DNA of 32,985 nt. Origin: an uncultured Candidatus Pelagibacter sp. GTDB taxonomy: Bacteria; Pseudomonadota; Alphaproteobacteria; Pelagibacterales; Pelagibacteraceae. Under the pieces are notes generated by a model. That model did not search any database. It was not told the origin of the DNA and saw only the letters and a list, made by a program, of their open reading frames with translations. The stretch spans positions 1 through 32,985 of the forward strand of contig CAZABF010000001.1 in assembly GCA_964483495.1 (NCBI GenBank), given 5' to 3'. Positions 25,751 through 32,985 of the stretch are shown piece after piece. The position numbers and the translations under genes are program-made. Position 1 is the stretch's first letter, and each line of letters opens with the position of its first letter.

Positions 25751-27052
25751 ATGGCAATTAATCTAAATAATTTATTTAGTTCAATAAATAAAAACTCAAA
25801 AATGGGTGATTTTCAGGACCTTGAACATATTGATGGTTTGTCGATATCAACTACAAGTGCTAATTTATATTCAAAACAAAGAGATGATTTAGTTTTGTTT
25901 TATTTTAGAAACGGAGCAAATCATGCATCAGTTTATACACAATCAAAATTAATTTCAGAAAATATAAAGTGGAATTTAAAAATTAATAAAAAAAAAATTA
26001 AAGCCTTGTTAATTAATACGAGAAATGCAAATGCTTTTACTGGAAAAGATGGTTTTAAAGCTTTAAAAATTTTAGCTGATGATTTGTCGCAAGAATTAAC
26101 TCAAAAGCAAAAAAGTGACGAAGAAATTCCTGCAAAAATTGAATCAGATGAAATTTTGTTTGCATGCACAGGAACGATAGGAGAAATTTTTCCTACTGAA
26201 AAAATTAAAAAAAGCATTCCAGATTTAATAAAAAAAATCAGATACACACAAAATAAATACGTATGGATGAAAGCATGCATGGGTATTTTGACAACTGATT
26301 TAAAGCCAAAACTTGCAATGGAAGAATGTTATATTGGAAATAAATTGGTAAAAATTTATGGAATTGCAAAAGGTTCAGGAATGATTTTTCCAAATATGGC
26401 AACAACATTAGGATTTGTATTTACAGATGCAACAATTTCTTCATCAATTTTAAAACAATTATTAAAAGAAAATATACAAAAAACATTTAATGCAATTTCC
26501 TGTGACGGTGATACAAGCACCAACGATATGCTTTCTATTTTTGCAACAGGAGAAGTTGCAAATTCAAACTTAAACAGCGTTAAAGATAAAAAATTATCTC
26601 ATTTTAATTCATCTCTATTTAATGTTCTTCTAAATCTTGCAAAAAGAGTCGCTGCAGATGGAGAGGGAGCTTCAAAATTTATTTCAATCAAAGTAAAAAA
26701 TTGCAAAACAGAAGAAGATGCAAAAAAAATAAGCTTTTCAATTGCGAACTCACCACTGGTAAAAACAGCTATTGCAGGAGAAGATCCTAATTGGGGAAGA
26801 ATTATTATGGCAATTGGTAAAGCAAATGTAAATTTAAATCCAAATAAAATAGCAATTAAATTTGGAAATATAACAATTATTGAAAATGGTAAATTATCAA
26901 ATTCTTATGACGAAACTGAAGCAGCAGATTATATGAAAGGAGAAAAAATTGATTTATTAGTAAATTTAAATTTAGGAAAAAAAGAATTTACTTCTTATAC
27001 GATGGATTTAACAAAAAAATATATTGAAATTAATTCGGACTATAGGACTTAG
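25751..27052 (+). CDS. argJ: Bifunctional ornithine acetyltransferase / N-acetylglutamate synthase
   Basis: NANAFTG, TGTIG, ILTTD, KGSGMIFPNMAT, DGDTSTND, DGEGA, SPLVKTA, DPNWGR, YIEINSDYRT. Confidence 0.96.
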   Translation: MAINLNNLFSSINKNSKMGDFQDLEHIDGLSISTTSANLYSKQRDDLVLFYFRNGANHASVYTQSKLISENIKWNLKINKKKIKALLINTRNANAFTGKDGFKALKILADDLSQELTQKQKSDEEIPAKIESDEILFACTGTIGEIFPTEKIKKSIPDLIKKIRYTQNKYVWMKACMGILTTDLKPKLAMEECYIGNKLVKIYGIAKGSGMIFPNMATTLGFVFTDATISSSILKQLLKENIQKTFNAISCDGDTSTNDMLSIFATGEVANSNLNSVKDKKLSHFNSSLFNVLLNLAKRVAADGEGASKFISIKVKNCKTEEDAKKISFSIANSPLVKTAIAGEDPNWGRIIMAIGKANVNLNPNKIAIKFGNITIIENGKLSNSYDETEAADYMKGEKIDLLVNLNLGKKEFTSYTMDLTKKYIEINSDYRT

Positions 27053-27092
27053 AAGAGTTGAAATTATTAATTTAATATTTAAATTACATAGC

Positions 27093-27518
27093 ATGATAAA
27101 ATATAAATTATTATGTAAAAATTGCTCACAAGATTTTGATAGCTGGTTTGCATCATCAAAGGAATTTGAGAAACTAAAAAAGTCAAAGTTTATAAATTGC
27201 TCTAATTGTAACTCTTTTAAGATTGATAAATCTTTAATGGCTCCTTCAATTGTCAACAAAAAAAATGAAAATAATAATTTAAATTCAAAAAAACATTCAG
27301 AAGTTAAAAAAAAATTAAAAGAATATAAAAATTTTATCAAAAAAAATTTTGAATATGTTGGTGATAATTTTACCTATGAGGCAAGATCAATTCACTATAA
27401 CAATAAAAAAAAAGATAAAGGTATTTATGGAAATGCATCAGAAAAAGATATTAAAGAGTTATCAGAAGAAGGAATTGAAACAGAAAATATACCTTGGATA
27501 AATGATAATGAAAATTAA
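27093..27518 (+). CDS. DUF1178 family protein (two Cys pairs, putative zinc ribbon)
   Basis: MIKYKLLC..C...FDSWF, CSNC, K.LMAP, YVGDNF..EARSIHY, IYG, L.EEGI. Start placed at ATG 27093; adjacent to ubiG as is typical. Confidence 0.88.
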   Translation: MIKYKLLCKNCSQDFDSWFASSKEFEKLKKSKFINCSNCNSFKIDKSLMAPSIVNKKNENNNLNSKKHSEVKKKLKEYKNFIKKNFEYVGDNFTYEARSIHYNNKKKDKGIYGNASEKDIKELSEEGIETENIPWINDNEN

Positions 27519-28237
27519 ATTTTTTTGAACTGAGTTATATAATTTACCGAGTCATCTTTGGTAATAATCCATTCATTTTTCAAAACATTGAAATTAACCC
27601 CGTCGATTTTTATTAATTTTAAGTTATTTTTTTTTCCAAATTCAATTAATTCTTCAGGTTTTACAAACTTATTCCATTCATGTGTCCCAATTGGTAGCCA
27701 TTTTAAAATGTATTCTGCTCCAACTATAGCAAAAATATATGATTTAAGAGTTTTATTTAAAGTAGAGATAAACATCAGACCATTTTTATTTAAAAGCAAT
27801 GCACTTTTTTTTAAAAAAAGATCTAAATCATCTACGTGTTCTACTATTTCCATATTTAAAATTACATCAAATTTTTTTTTTAAATTTATTTTTTCTGGAG
27901 AGGAGCACAAATAATTAATTTTTAAGTTATTTTTTTTAGAATGATATGAGGCAACATTTATATTTTTTTGCGAAGCATCAATTCCAGTAACTTTTGCACC
28001 CAGTCTACACATTGGTTCAGACAATAAACCTCCACCACAGCCAATATCTAGAAGCTCAATATTTTTAAGAGGCAGAAGTTCAGACTTTATATTAAAGTGT
28101 GCAATGACTTTTTTCTTAATATAATTTATTCTTAAGGGATTAAACTTGTGTAAAGGCTTAAACTTGCCCTCTGTATTCCACCATTCATCAGCTATTTTTG
28201 AAAATTTTTCAATTTCTTTTTTATTTATAGTGCTCAT
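27515..28237 (-). CDS. ubiG: Ubiquinone biosynthesis O-methyltransferase
   Basis: EIEKFSKIADEWW..GKFKPLH..NPLR, LDIGCGGGLL, MEIVEHV, AEYIL..LP.GTH, VNY. Confidence 0.96.
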   Translation of the reverse strand: MSTINKKEIEKFSKIADEWWNTEGKFKPLHKFNPLRINYIKKKVIAHFNIKSELLPLKNIELLDIGCGGGLLSEPMCRLGAKVTGIDASQKNINVASYHSKKNNLKINYLCSSPEKINLKKKFDVILNMEIVEHVDDLDLFLKKSALLLNKNGLMFISTLNKTLKSYIFAIVGAEYILKWLPIGTHEWNKFVKPEELIEFGKKNNLKLIKIDGVNFNVLKNEWIITKDDSVNYITQFKKI

Positions 28238-28313
28238 AATTGATTGATAGTTGACATTACAATTAAGATGTATTTTATCAACATAATTTATTTAAATAAA
28301 AAAATTAAGATCA

Positions 28314-29528
28314 ATGAAAATTGTAGTACTAAAATTTGGAGGGACCTCTGTAGGCTCAACAGATAGAATAAAAAAAGTTTCAGAAATAATTGTTTCATAC
28401 GTTCAAAAGAAATATAAAGTGATTGTTGTTTCTTCTGCAATGAGTGGAGTAACAAATGATTTAGTAAAAAAATCAAAGAAAATTTCTAATGAATTTGCAT
28501 CAGATGAGTATGATGTTTTGGTTTCTGCTGGAGAGCAAATGTCATGTTCATTGATTGCAGGAAGGTTAAATCATTTAGGATATAAATCTAGGTCATGGCT
28601 GGGTTGGCAAATTCCAATTTTGACAGAAGGAAAGCATTCTTCTTCAAGAATTCAAAAAATATGTAAAAAAAATATTATAAAATATTTAAAATTAGGTGGG
28701 ATTCCTATTGTTGCAGGTTTTCAGGGTATTAACTCTAAAAATAGAATAACTACCGTTGGTAGAGGAGGAACTGACGCTAGTGCTATAATGCTTGCAAGAT
28801 TTTTTAAAGCAGAAAAATGTATAATATATACAGATGTTGATGGAGTTTATACTACCGATCCAAATACAATAAAAAAAGCAAAAAAAATAAAAGTAATTTC
28901 ATATGAAGAAATGCTTGAGATGGCTTCTAGTGGAGCAAAAGTCATGCAGCCACACTCAATTCAGGATGCTAGATTAAATAGAATTGATATTGAGGTTAAA
29001 TCCTCATTTAAAAAAATTTCAGGAACTTTAATTACAAAAAGAAAAAATATTTTTAGCAGTAAAATAATTCGAGGAATATCTTTTTCAAAAAATGATGCAA
29101 AAGTAACTTTGATTGGAGTAAAAGACAAACCGGGTATTGCAGCCGCTATATTTGAACCTCTTTATAAAAACTCTATAAATGTTGATATGGTTGTTCAAAA
29201 TATATCGCCTAATGGAAAGGAAACAGACTTAACTTTTACAATTAAATCTGAAAATTTAAATAAAACTCAAAAGTTATTAAAAAAAAGCAAAAAAATTAGT
29301 TTTAGAAAAATTATTGTAGACACCAAAGTTTCAAAAGTATCTATTATTGGAGTTGGAATGATTACTACTCCAGGTGTAACTTACAGAATGTTTAATGCCT
29401 TAGCAAAAAAAAATATAAATATTATTGTAATTTCAACATCAGAAATTAAAATATCAGTATTAGTGAATAGAAAAGATTTAAATAAAGCAATAATATCTTT
29501 ACATAAAGAGTTTAATTTAGAAAAATAA
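28314..29528 (+). CDS. lysC: Aspartate kinase
   Basis: KFGGTSV, VVSSAM, GRGGTD, TDVDGVYTTDP, two ACT domains, STSEIKIS. Confidence 0.96.
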   Translation: MKIVVLKFGGTSVGSTDRIKKVSEIIVSYVQKKYKVIVVSSAMSGVTNDLVKKSKKISNEFASDEYDVLVSAGEQMSCSLIAGRLNHLGYKSRSWLGWQIPILTEGKHSSSRIQKICKKNIIKYLKLGGIPIVAGFQGINSKNRITTVGRGGTDASAIMLARFFKAEKCIIYTDVDGVYTTDPNTIKKAKKIKVISYEEMLEMASSGAKVMQPHSIQDARLNRIDIEVKSSFKKISGTLITKRKNIFSSKIIRGISFSKNDAKVTLIGVKDKPGIAAAIFEPLYKNSINVDMVVQNISPNGKETDLTFTIKSENLNKTQKLLKKSKKISFRKIIVDTKVSKVSIIGVGMITTPGVTYRMFNALAKKNINIIVISTSEIKISVLVNRKDLNKAIISLHKEFNLEK

Positions 29529-29537
29529 ATCAAAATC

Positions 29538-30635
29538 ATGAGTATTAGGCCTTTTAGGGATATAAAGCGAAGAGTCACAAAAGTTATTAAAGTAGGGAAT
29601 GTTAAAGTCGGTGGAAACAACCCTATTTCAGTTCAGTCTATGACAAACACTTTGACAAAAAATGTTAAAGAAACTTTAAATCAAATTAGTAAAATCTCAG
29701 AAGTTGGAGGTGAGATTGTAAGGGTTTCTTGTCCGGATGAAGAATCAACTAGTGCTTTAAAAGAAATCACAAAGCATTCTCCCATTCCAGTAGTTGCCGA
29801 TATTCATTTTCATTTTAAAAGAGCCATAGAGGCTGCAGAGAATGGTGCAGTTTGTTTAAGAATCAACCCTGGTAATATTGGCGATAAAAATAAAATTGCA
29901 CAAGTTATTTCCGCAGCAAAAAATAATAATTGTTCAATAAGAATAGGAGTAAATTCTGGTTCATTAGAAAAAGATATCTTAGAAAAATTTAAAGAACCCT
30001 GTCCTGAAGCTTTAGTAGAAAGTGCAATTAGAAATATTAAAATTTTAGAAGATTTAGATTTTTTCAATTTTAAAATAAGCGTTAAATCTTCAGATGTATT
30101 TTTATCTATAAAAGCATACAGAGAGCTTTCAAAAGTTACGGACTATCCATTACACCTAGGAATTACAGAAGCAGGAAGTTTTATTCCTGGCAGCATAAAG
30201 TCTTCTATAGGTTTAGGAAATTTATTATTAGATGGAATTGGTGACACAATTAGAGTTTCGCTTTCAGATGATCCAGTTGAAGAGATTAAAGTAGGTAATG
30301 AAATTTTAAAATCACTAAATCTGAGGAATAGGGGAATTAAGATAATTTCTTGTCCATCGTGTGCTAGACAAGGTTTTCATGTTATAGACATTGTTAAAAT
30401 TTTAGAAGAAAAGTTGTCTCACATTAAAGCTCCAATAACTCTTTCGATCATAGGATGTGTTGTTAATGGCCCTGGCGAGGCTGCACAAGCGGATATTGGA
30501 ATAACTGGAGGTGGCAAAAATAGCAACATGCTTTATTTAAAAGGGGTTCAAACTGAAAAATTAAGTAATAAAGACATTATTTCAAAGGTAGTCAAATTGG
30601 TTGAAAAAAAATCTGAAGAAACCGAAACAAAGTAA
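29538..30635 (+). CDS. ispG: (E)-4-hydroxy-3-methylbut-2-enyl-diphosphate synthase
   Basis: [63 protein letters not shown]. Confidence 0.97.
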   Translation: MSIRPFRDIKRRVTKVIKVGNVKVGGNNPISVQSMTNTLTKNVKETLNQISKISEVGGEIVRVSCPDEESTSALKEITKHSPIPVVADIHFHFKRAIEAAENGAVCLRINPGNIGDKNKIAQVISAAKNNNCSIRIGVNSGSLEKDILEKFKEPCPEALVESAIRNIKILEDLDFFNFKISVKSSDVFLSIKAYRELSKVTDYPLHLGITEAGSFIPGSIKSSIGLGNLLLDGIGDTIRVSLSDDPVEEIKVGNEILKSLNLRNRGIKIISCPSCARQGFHVIDIVKILEEKLSHIKAPITLSIIGCVVNGPGEAAQADIGITGGGKNSNMLYLKGVQTEKLSNKDIISKVVKLVEKKSEETETK

Positions 30636-30637
30636 AA

Positions 30638-31711
30638 ATGATTCCAATAAAAAAAGTTGAAGAATTAATATTAAGGCACAAAAGTCTTGAAGGAGAATTA
30701 TCTTTAGGGAATATAGATAAAAAATTATTTGCTGCAAAATCAAAAGAATATTCTGATCTTAACGAAATAATAAATCAGGCACAAAAATATCTAAATTTTG
30801 AAAAAAATAAAAAGGATTTAGAAAAATTAATTGAGGATATTAATAGCGACAAAGAAATAAAAGAAATAGCGAGGATAGAATTAGATCAGCTGATTAAAGA
30901 CAATGAATTAAATGAAAAAAAAATTAAATTATTTTTACTTCCGAAAGATGATGCAGATTCAAAAAATGCAATAATTGAAATAAGAGCTGGAACAGGAGGC
31001 TTGGAAGCAAGTTTATTTGCATCAGATTTATTTAAAATGTATGAAAAGGTTTCTCACAAAAAAAAATGGAATTTAGAAATAATTAGTATTTCAAAAAGTG
31101 AAGCTGGAGGCTTAAAAGAAGTAATAGCAAACATAAGGGGAAAGAATATTTATTCTCTTTTAAAATACGAAAGTGGTGTCCATAGAGTTCAAAGAGTACC
31201 CGATACAGAAACACAAGGAAGAGTTCATACATCTGCGGCAACGGTTGCGGTATTGCCAGAAGCAGAAGAAGTTGATGTAAAGATTGAAGAAAAAGATTTA
31301 AGAATTGATGTTTTTAGAAGTAGCGGTCCAGGAGGACAAAGTGTAAACACGACAGACTCTGCTGTCAGAATAACTCATATTCCAACAGGAATTGTAGTTA
31401 GTCAGCAGGATGAAAAATCACAAATTAGAAATAGAGAAAAAGGATTAAAAATCCTTAGATCTAGAATATATGAATTGGAAAGACAAAAGATAGATGAAGC
31501 AAGATCAAAAGATAGAAGGAGCAAAATAGGAACAGGAGACAGATCAGAAAGAATAAGAACTTATAATTTTCCCCAAGGAAGAGTTACGGATCATAGAATA
31601 AATCTTACTTTGCACAAACTTGAAGAATTTATGCAAGGAGAAATATTTGAAGAAATGATTGAAAGTTTAACTATACAGGCTCAAGAGGAAGAATTAAGTA
31701 AATTAAATTAA
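30638..31711 (+). CDS. prfA: Peptide chain release factor 1
   Basis: [22 protein letters not shown] (PxT motif of RF1), [20 protein letters not shown]. Confidence 0.98.
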   Translation: MIPIKKVEELILRHKSLEGELSLGNIDKKLFAAKSKEYSDLNEIINQAQKYLNFEKNKKDLEKLIEDINSDKEIKEIARIELDQLIKDNELNEKKIKLFLLPKDDADSKNAIIEIRAGTGGLEASLFASDLFKMYEKVSHKKKWNLEIISISKSEAGGLKEVIANIRGKNIYSLLKYESGVHRVQRVPDTETQGRVHTSAATVAVLPEAEEVDVKIEEKDLRIDVFRSSGPGGQSVNTTDSAVRITHIPTGIVVSQQDEKSQIRNREKGLKILRSRIYELERQKIDEARSKDRRSKIGTGDRSERIRTYNFPQGRVTDHRINLTLHKLEEFMQGEIFEEMIESLTIQAQEEELSKLN

Positions 31712-31712
31712 A

Positions 31713-32554
31713 ATGAAATATCAAGAAATACTTAATAAAGGATCAAAAATATTAAAATTAAATAATATAAAATCTTATAATTTAGATAGCGAAATTTTAT
31801 TATCATTAACTCTGGAATTAAATAGATCTCAATTACTTTTAAGCTTAGACAAGAAAATAGAAAATCAAGAAATTTTTTTTTTTTTAATTTTATTGAAAGA
31901 AGAAGCAAAAATGAGCCTATAGCTTATATTGCTGGTTATAAAGAATTTTGGAAAAATAAATTTAAAGTTGATAAAAATGTATTAATACCTAGACCAGATA
32001 CAGAAACTATAATTGAGCAAGTTCTAAATGAATTGGACATCAATTCTTCAAAAAAAATTTTAGATATTGGCACGGGATCTGGGTGTATTATAATTTCAAT
32101 ACTTAATGAAAGAAAAAAATGTTTTGGAGTTGGTATAGATATTTCTAAAAATGCAGTAAAATTAGCAAAATATAATGCAAAAATACAACACATTGACAAT
32201 AGAGTTAAATTTTTAAACTCTGATATTGACAATTTTTATGGAGACAAATATGATCTAATCATATCCAATCCTCCTTATATTAAGCATCATAAAATTAATG
32301 GTTTGGAAAAAGATATTAAAAACCATGAGCCCAAAGTTGCTTTGGATGGGGGAATTGATGGTTATGATAAAATTAGGCTCATAATAGAAAAAAGTTCAAC
32401 TTTGATAAAAAAAAGAGGCAAGTTGTTTTTGGAATTAGGAATAAATCAAACAAGAGAAACTATAAAAATTTTAAATTTAAATGGTTTCTATAAAACCAAG
32501 GTAGTTAAAGACTTGGCTAGAAAAAATAGATGTATAGTTTCTACAAAAATTTAG
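31713..32554 (+). pseudogene. prmC: Release factor glutamine methyltransferase PrmC/HemK, split by a frameshift in a T13 tract (apparent pseudogene, sequencing error or slippage-dependent gene)
   Basis: The first ~54 codons match the PrmC N-terminus (LDSEILL). The -1 frame continues NFIERRSKNEPIAYIAGYKEFW...VLIPRPDTE...LDIGTGSG...SNPPY. One extra T in 31873-31885 gives a continuous 280 aa ORF. Lies directly downstream of prfA. Confidence 0.88.
31873..31885 (+). repeat. T13 homopolymer at the prmC frameshift
   Basis: gaaa-TTTTTTTTTTTTT-aatttt read directly from the sequence. Confidence 0.95.
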
Positions 32555-32570
32555 AATATAAGCTTAATTA

Positions 32571-32975
32571 ATGAGAAATTTTAAGAATAATTTCAGAAGA
32601 AGTAGATATAAAAATCATTTAGATAGAAATAATCATAGAAATGAAAATGGAAAGATCATAAATGATCTACAAAATGGTTCAAATTTTGTTAGAAAAAATG
32701 CTGGCAAGAATAATCATAATGCTTCTAAACTTATAGAAAAGTACTCTAACTTAGCAAGAGAAGCTCTTTCTAGTGGCGATAAGATTTTGTCGGAAAATTA
32801 TTTTCAACATGCAGAGCACTTTATAAGAGTTCTTGAAGAAAAGGATGCAAAATTTAATAAAGGCCAAATACCAAAAGAAATAATTAAAGTTAAAGAGAAA
32901 ACATCTCAAGATCAAAATAACACAAATGACATGGATTCAGAATCATTAGAATCATCGGCTTCTACTGAGAGCTAA
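32571..32975 (+). CDS. DUF4167 domain-containing protein
   Basis: NASKLIEKYSNLAREALSSGDKILSENYFQHAEHFIR; conserved alphaproteobacterial position after prmC. Confidence 0.88.
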   Translation: MRNFKNNFRRSRYKNHLDRNNHRNENGKIINDLQNGSNFVRKNAGKNNHNASKLIEKYSNLAREALSSGDKILSENYFQHAEHFIRVLEEKDAKFNKGQIPKEIIKVKEKTSQDQNNTNDMDSESLESSASTES

Positions 32976-32985
32976 TTAATTTTGA

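Noticed and set aside
28238-28313. Lysine riboswitch or regulator site upstream of lysC
   Set aside because: The gap is only 76 bp and AT-rich. It contains TTGACA and an opposing TTGATA but no structured RNA, and the -10 spacing is not convincing enough to call.
3624-32232. Short ORFs opposite or inside long genes (e.g. 3624-3950, 5260-5661, 6135-6425, 20469-20759, 22724-23086, 27558-27914, 29810-30067, 31936-32232)
   Set aside because: They are F/L/I/S-rich mirror translations of Lys/Asn/Glu-rich genes, with no recognisable motifs or independent initiation signals.
1-32985. CRISPR array, prophage, integrase, transposon, defence system, tRNA or rRNA
   Set aside because: I found no repeats with spacers, no mobile-element genes and no compositional island. 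Nearly every base belongs to a recognisable core gene and the largest intergenic gaps are about 150 bp or less.

Overview
Gene-dense, very AT-rich (roughly 25-28% GC by eye) core-genome segment of a streamlined marine alphaproteobacterium, most likely Pelagibacterales (SAR11). The evidence is tiny or overlapping intergenic spaces, gcrA, malate synthase G, DUF1178/DUF4167 genes and alphaproteobacterial gene order. It holds about 32 housekeeping CDSs: a ~10 kb minus-strand run rnd-kdsD-lptC-lptB-aroA-cmk-rpsA-ihfB-pyrF-trpF-trpB-trpA (trpA runs off the left edge), then an NDUFA9-like SDR, gcrA, ABC permease-argD-argF, cytochrome c, kdsB-pheA, SRP RNA-dnaX-ybaB-recR, glcB, accA, secA, argJ, DUF1178, ubiG, and lysC-ispG-prfA-prmC-DUF4167. 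I see no mobile element, CRISPR array, rRNA, tRNA or novel multi-gene system. The points worth following up are fine-scale: (1) two NrdR-box-like palindromes 31 bp apart directly upstream of the cell-cycle regulator gcrA; (2) a TrpA/TrpB pair with substitutions at normally invariant catalytic and interface residues; (3) prmC split at a T13 tract; (4) AccA with a C-terminal membrane-anchor-like tail; (5) no glycine riboswitch upstream of glcB; (6) an SRP RNA with a UAAC tetraloop; (7) an A9 run in dnaX where E. coli makes gamma by frameshifting. All homology calls come from recognising motifs by eye, not from database searches.
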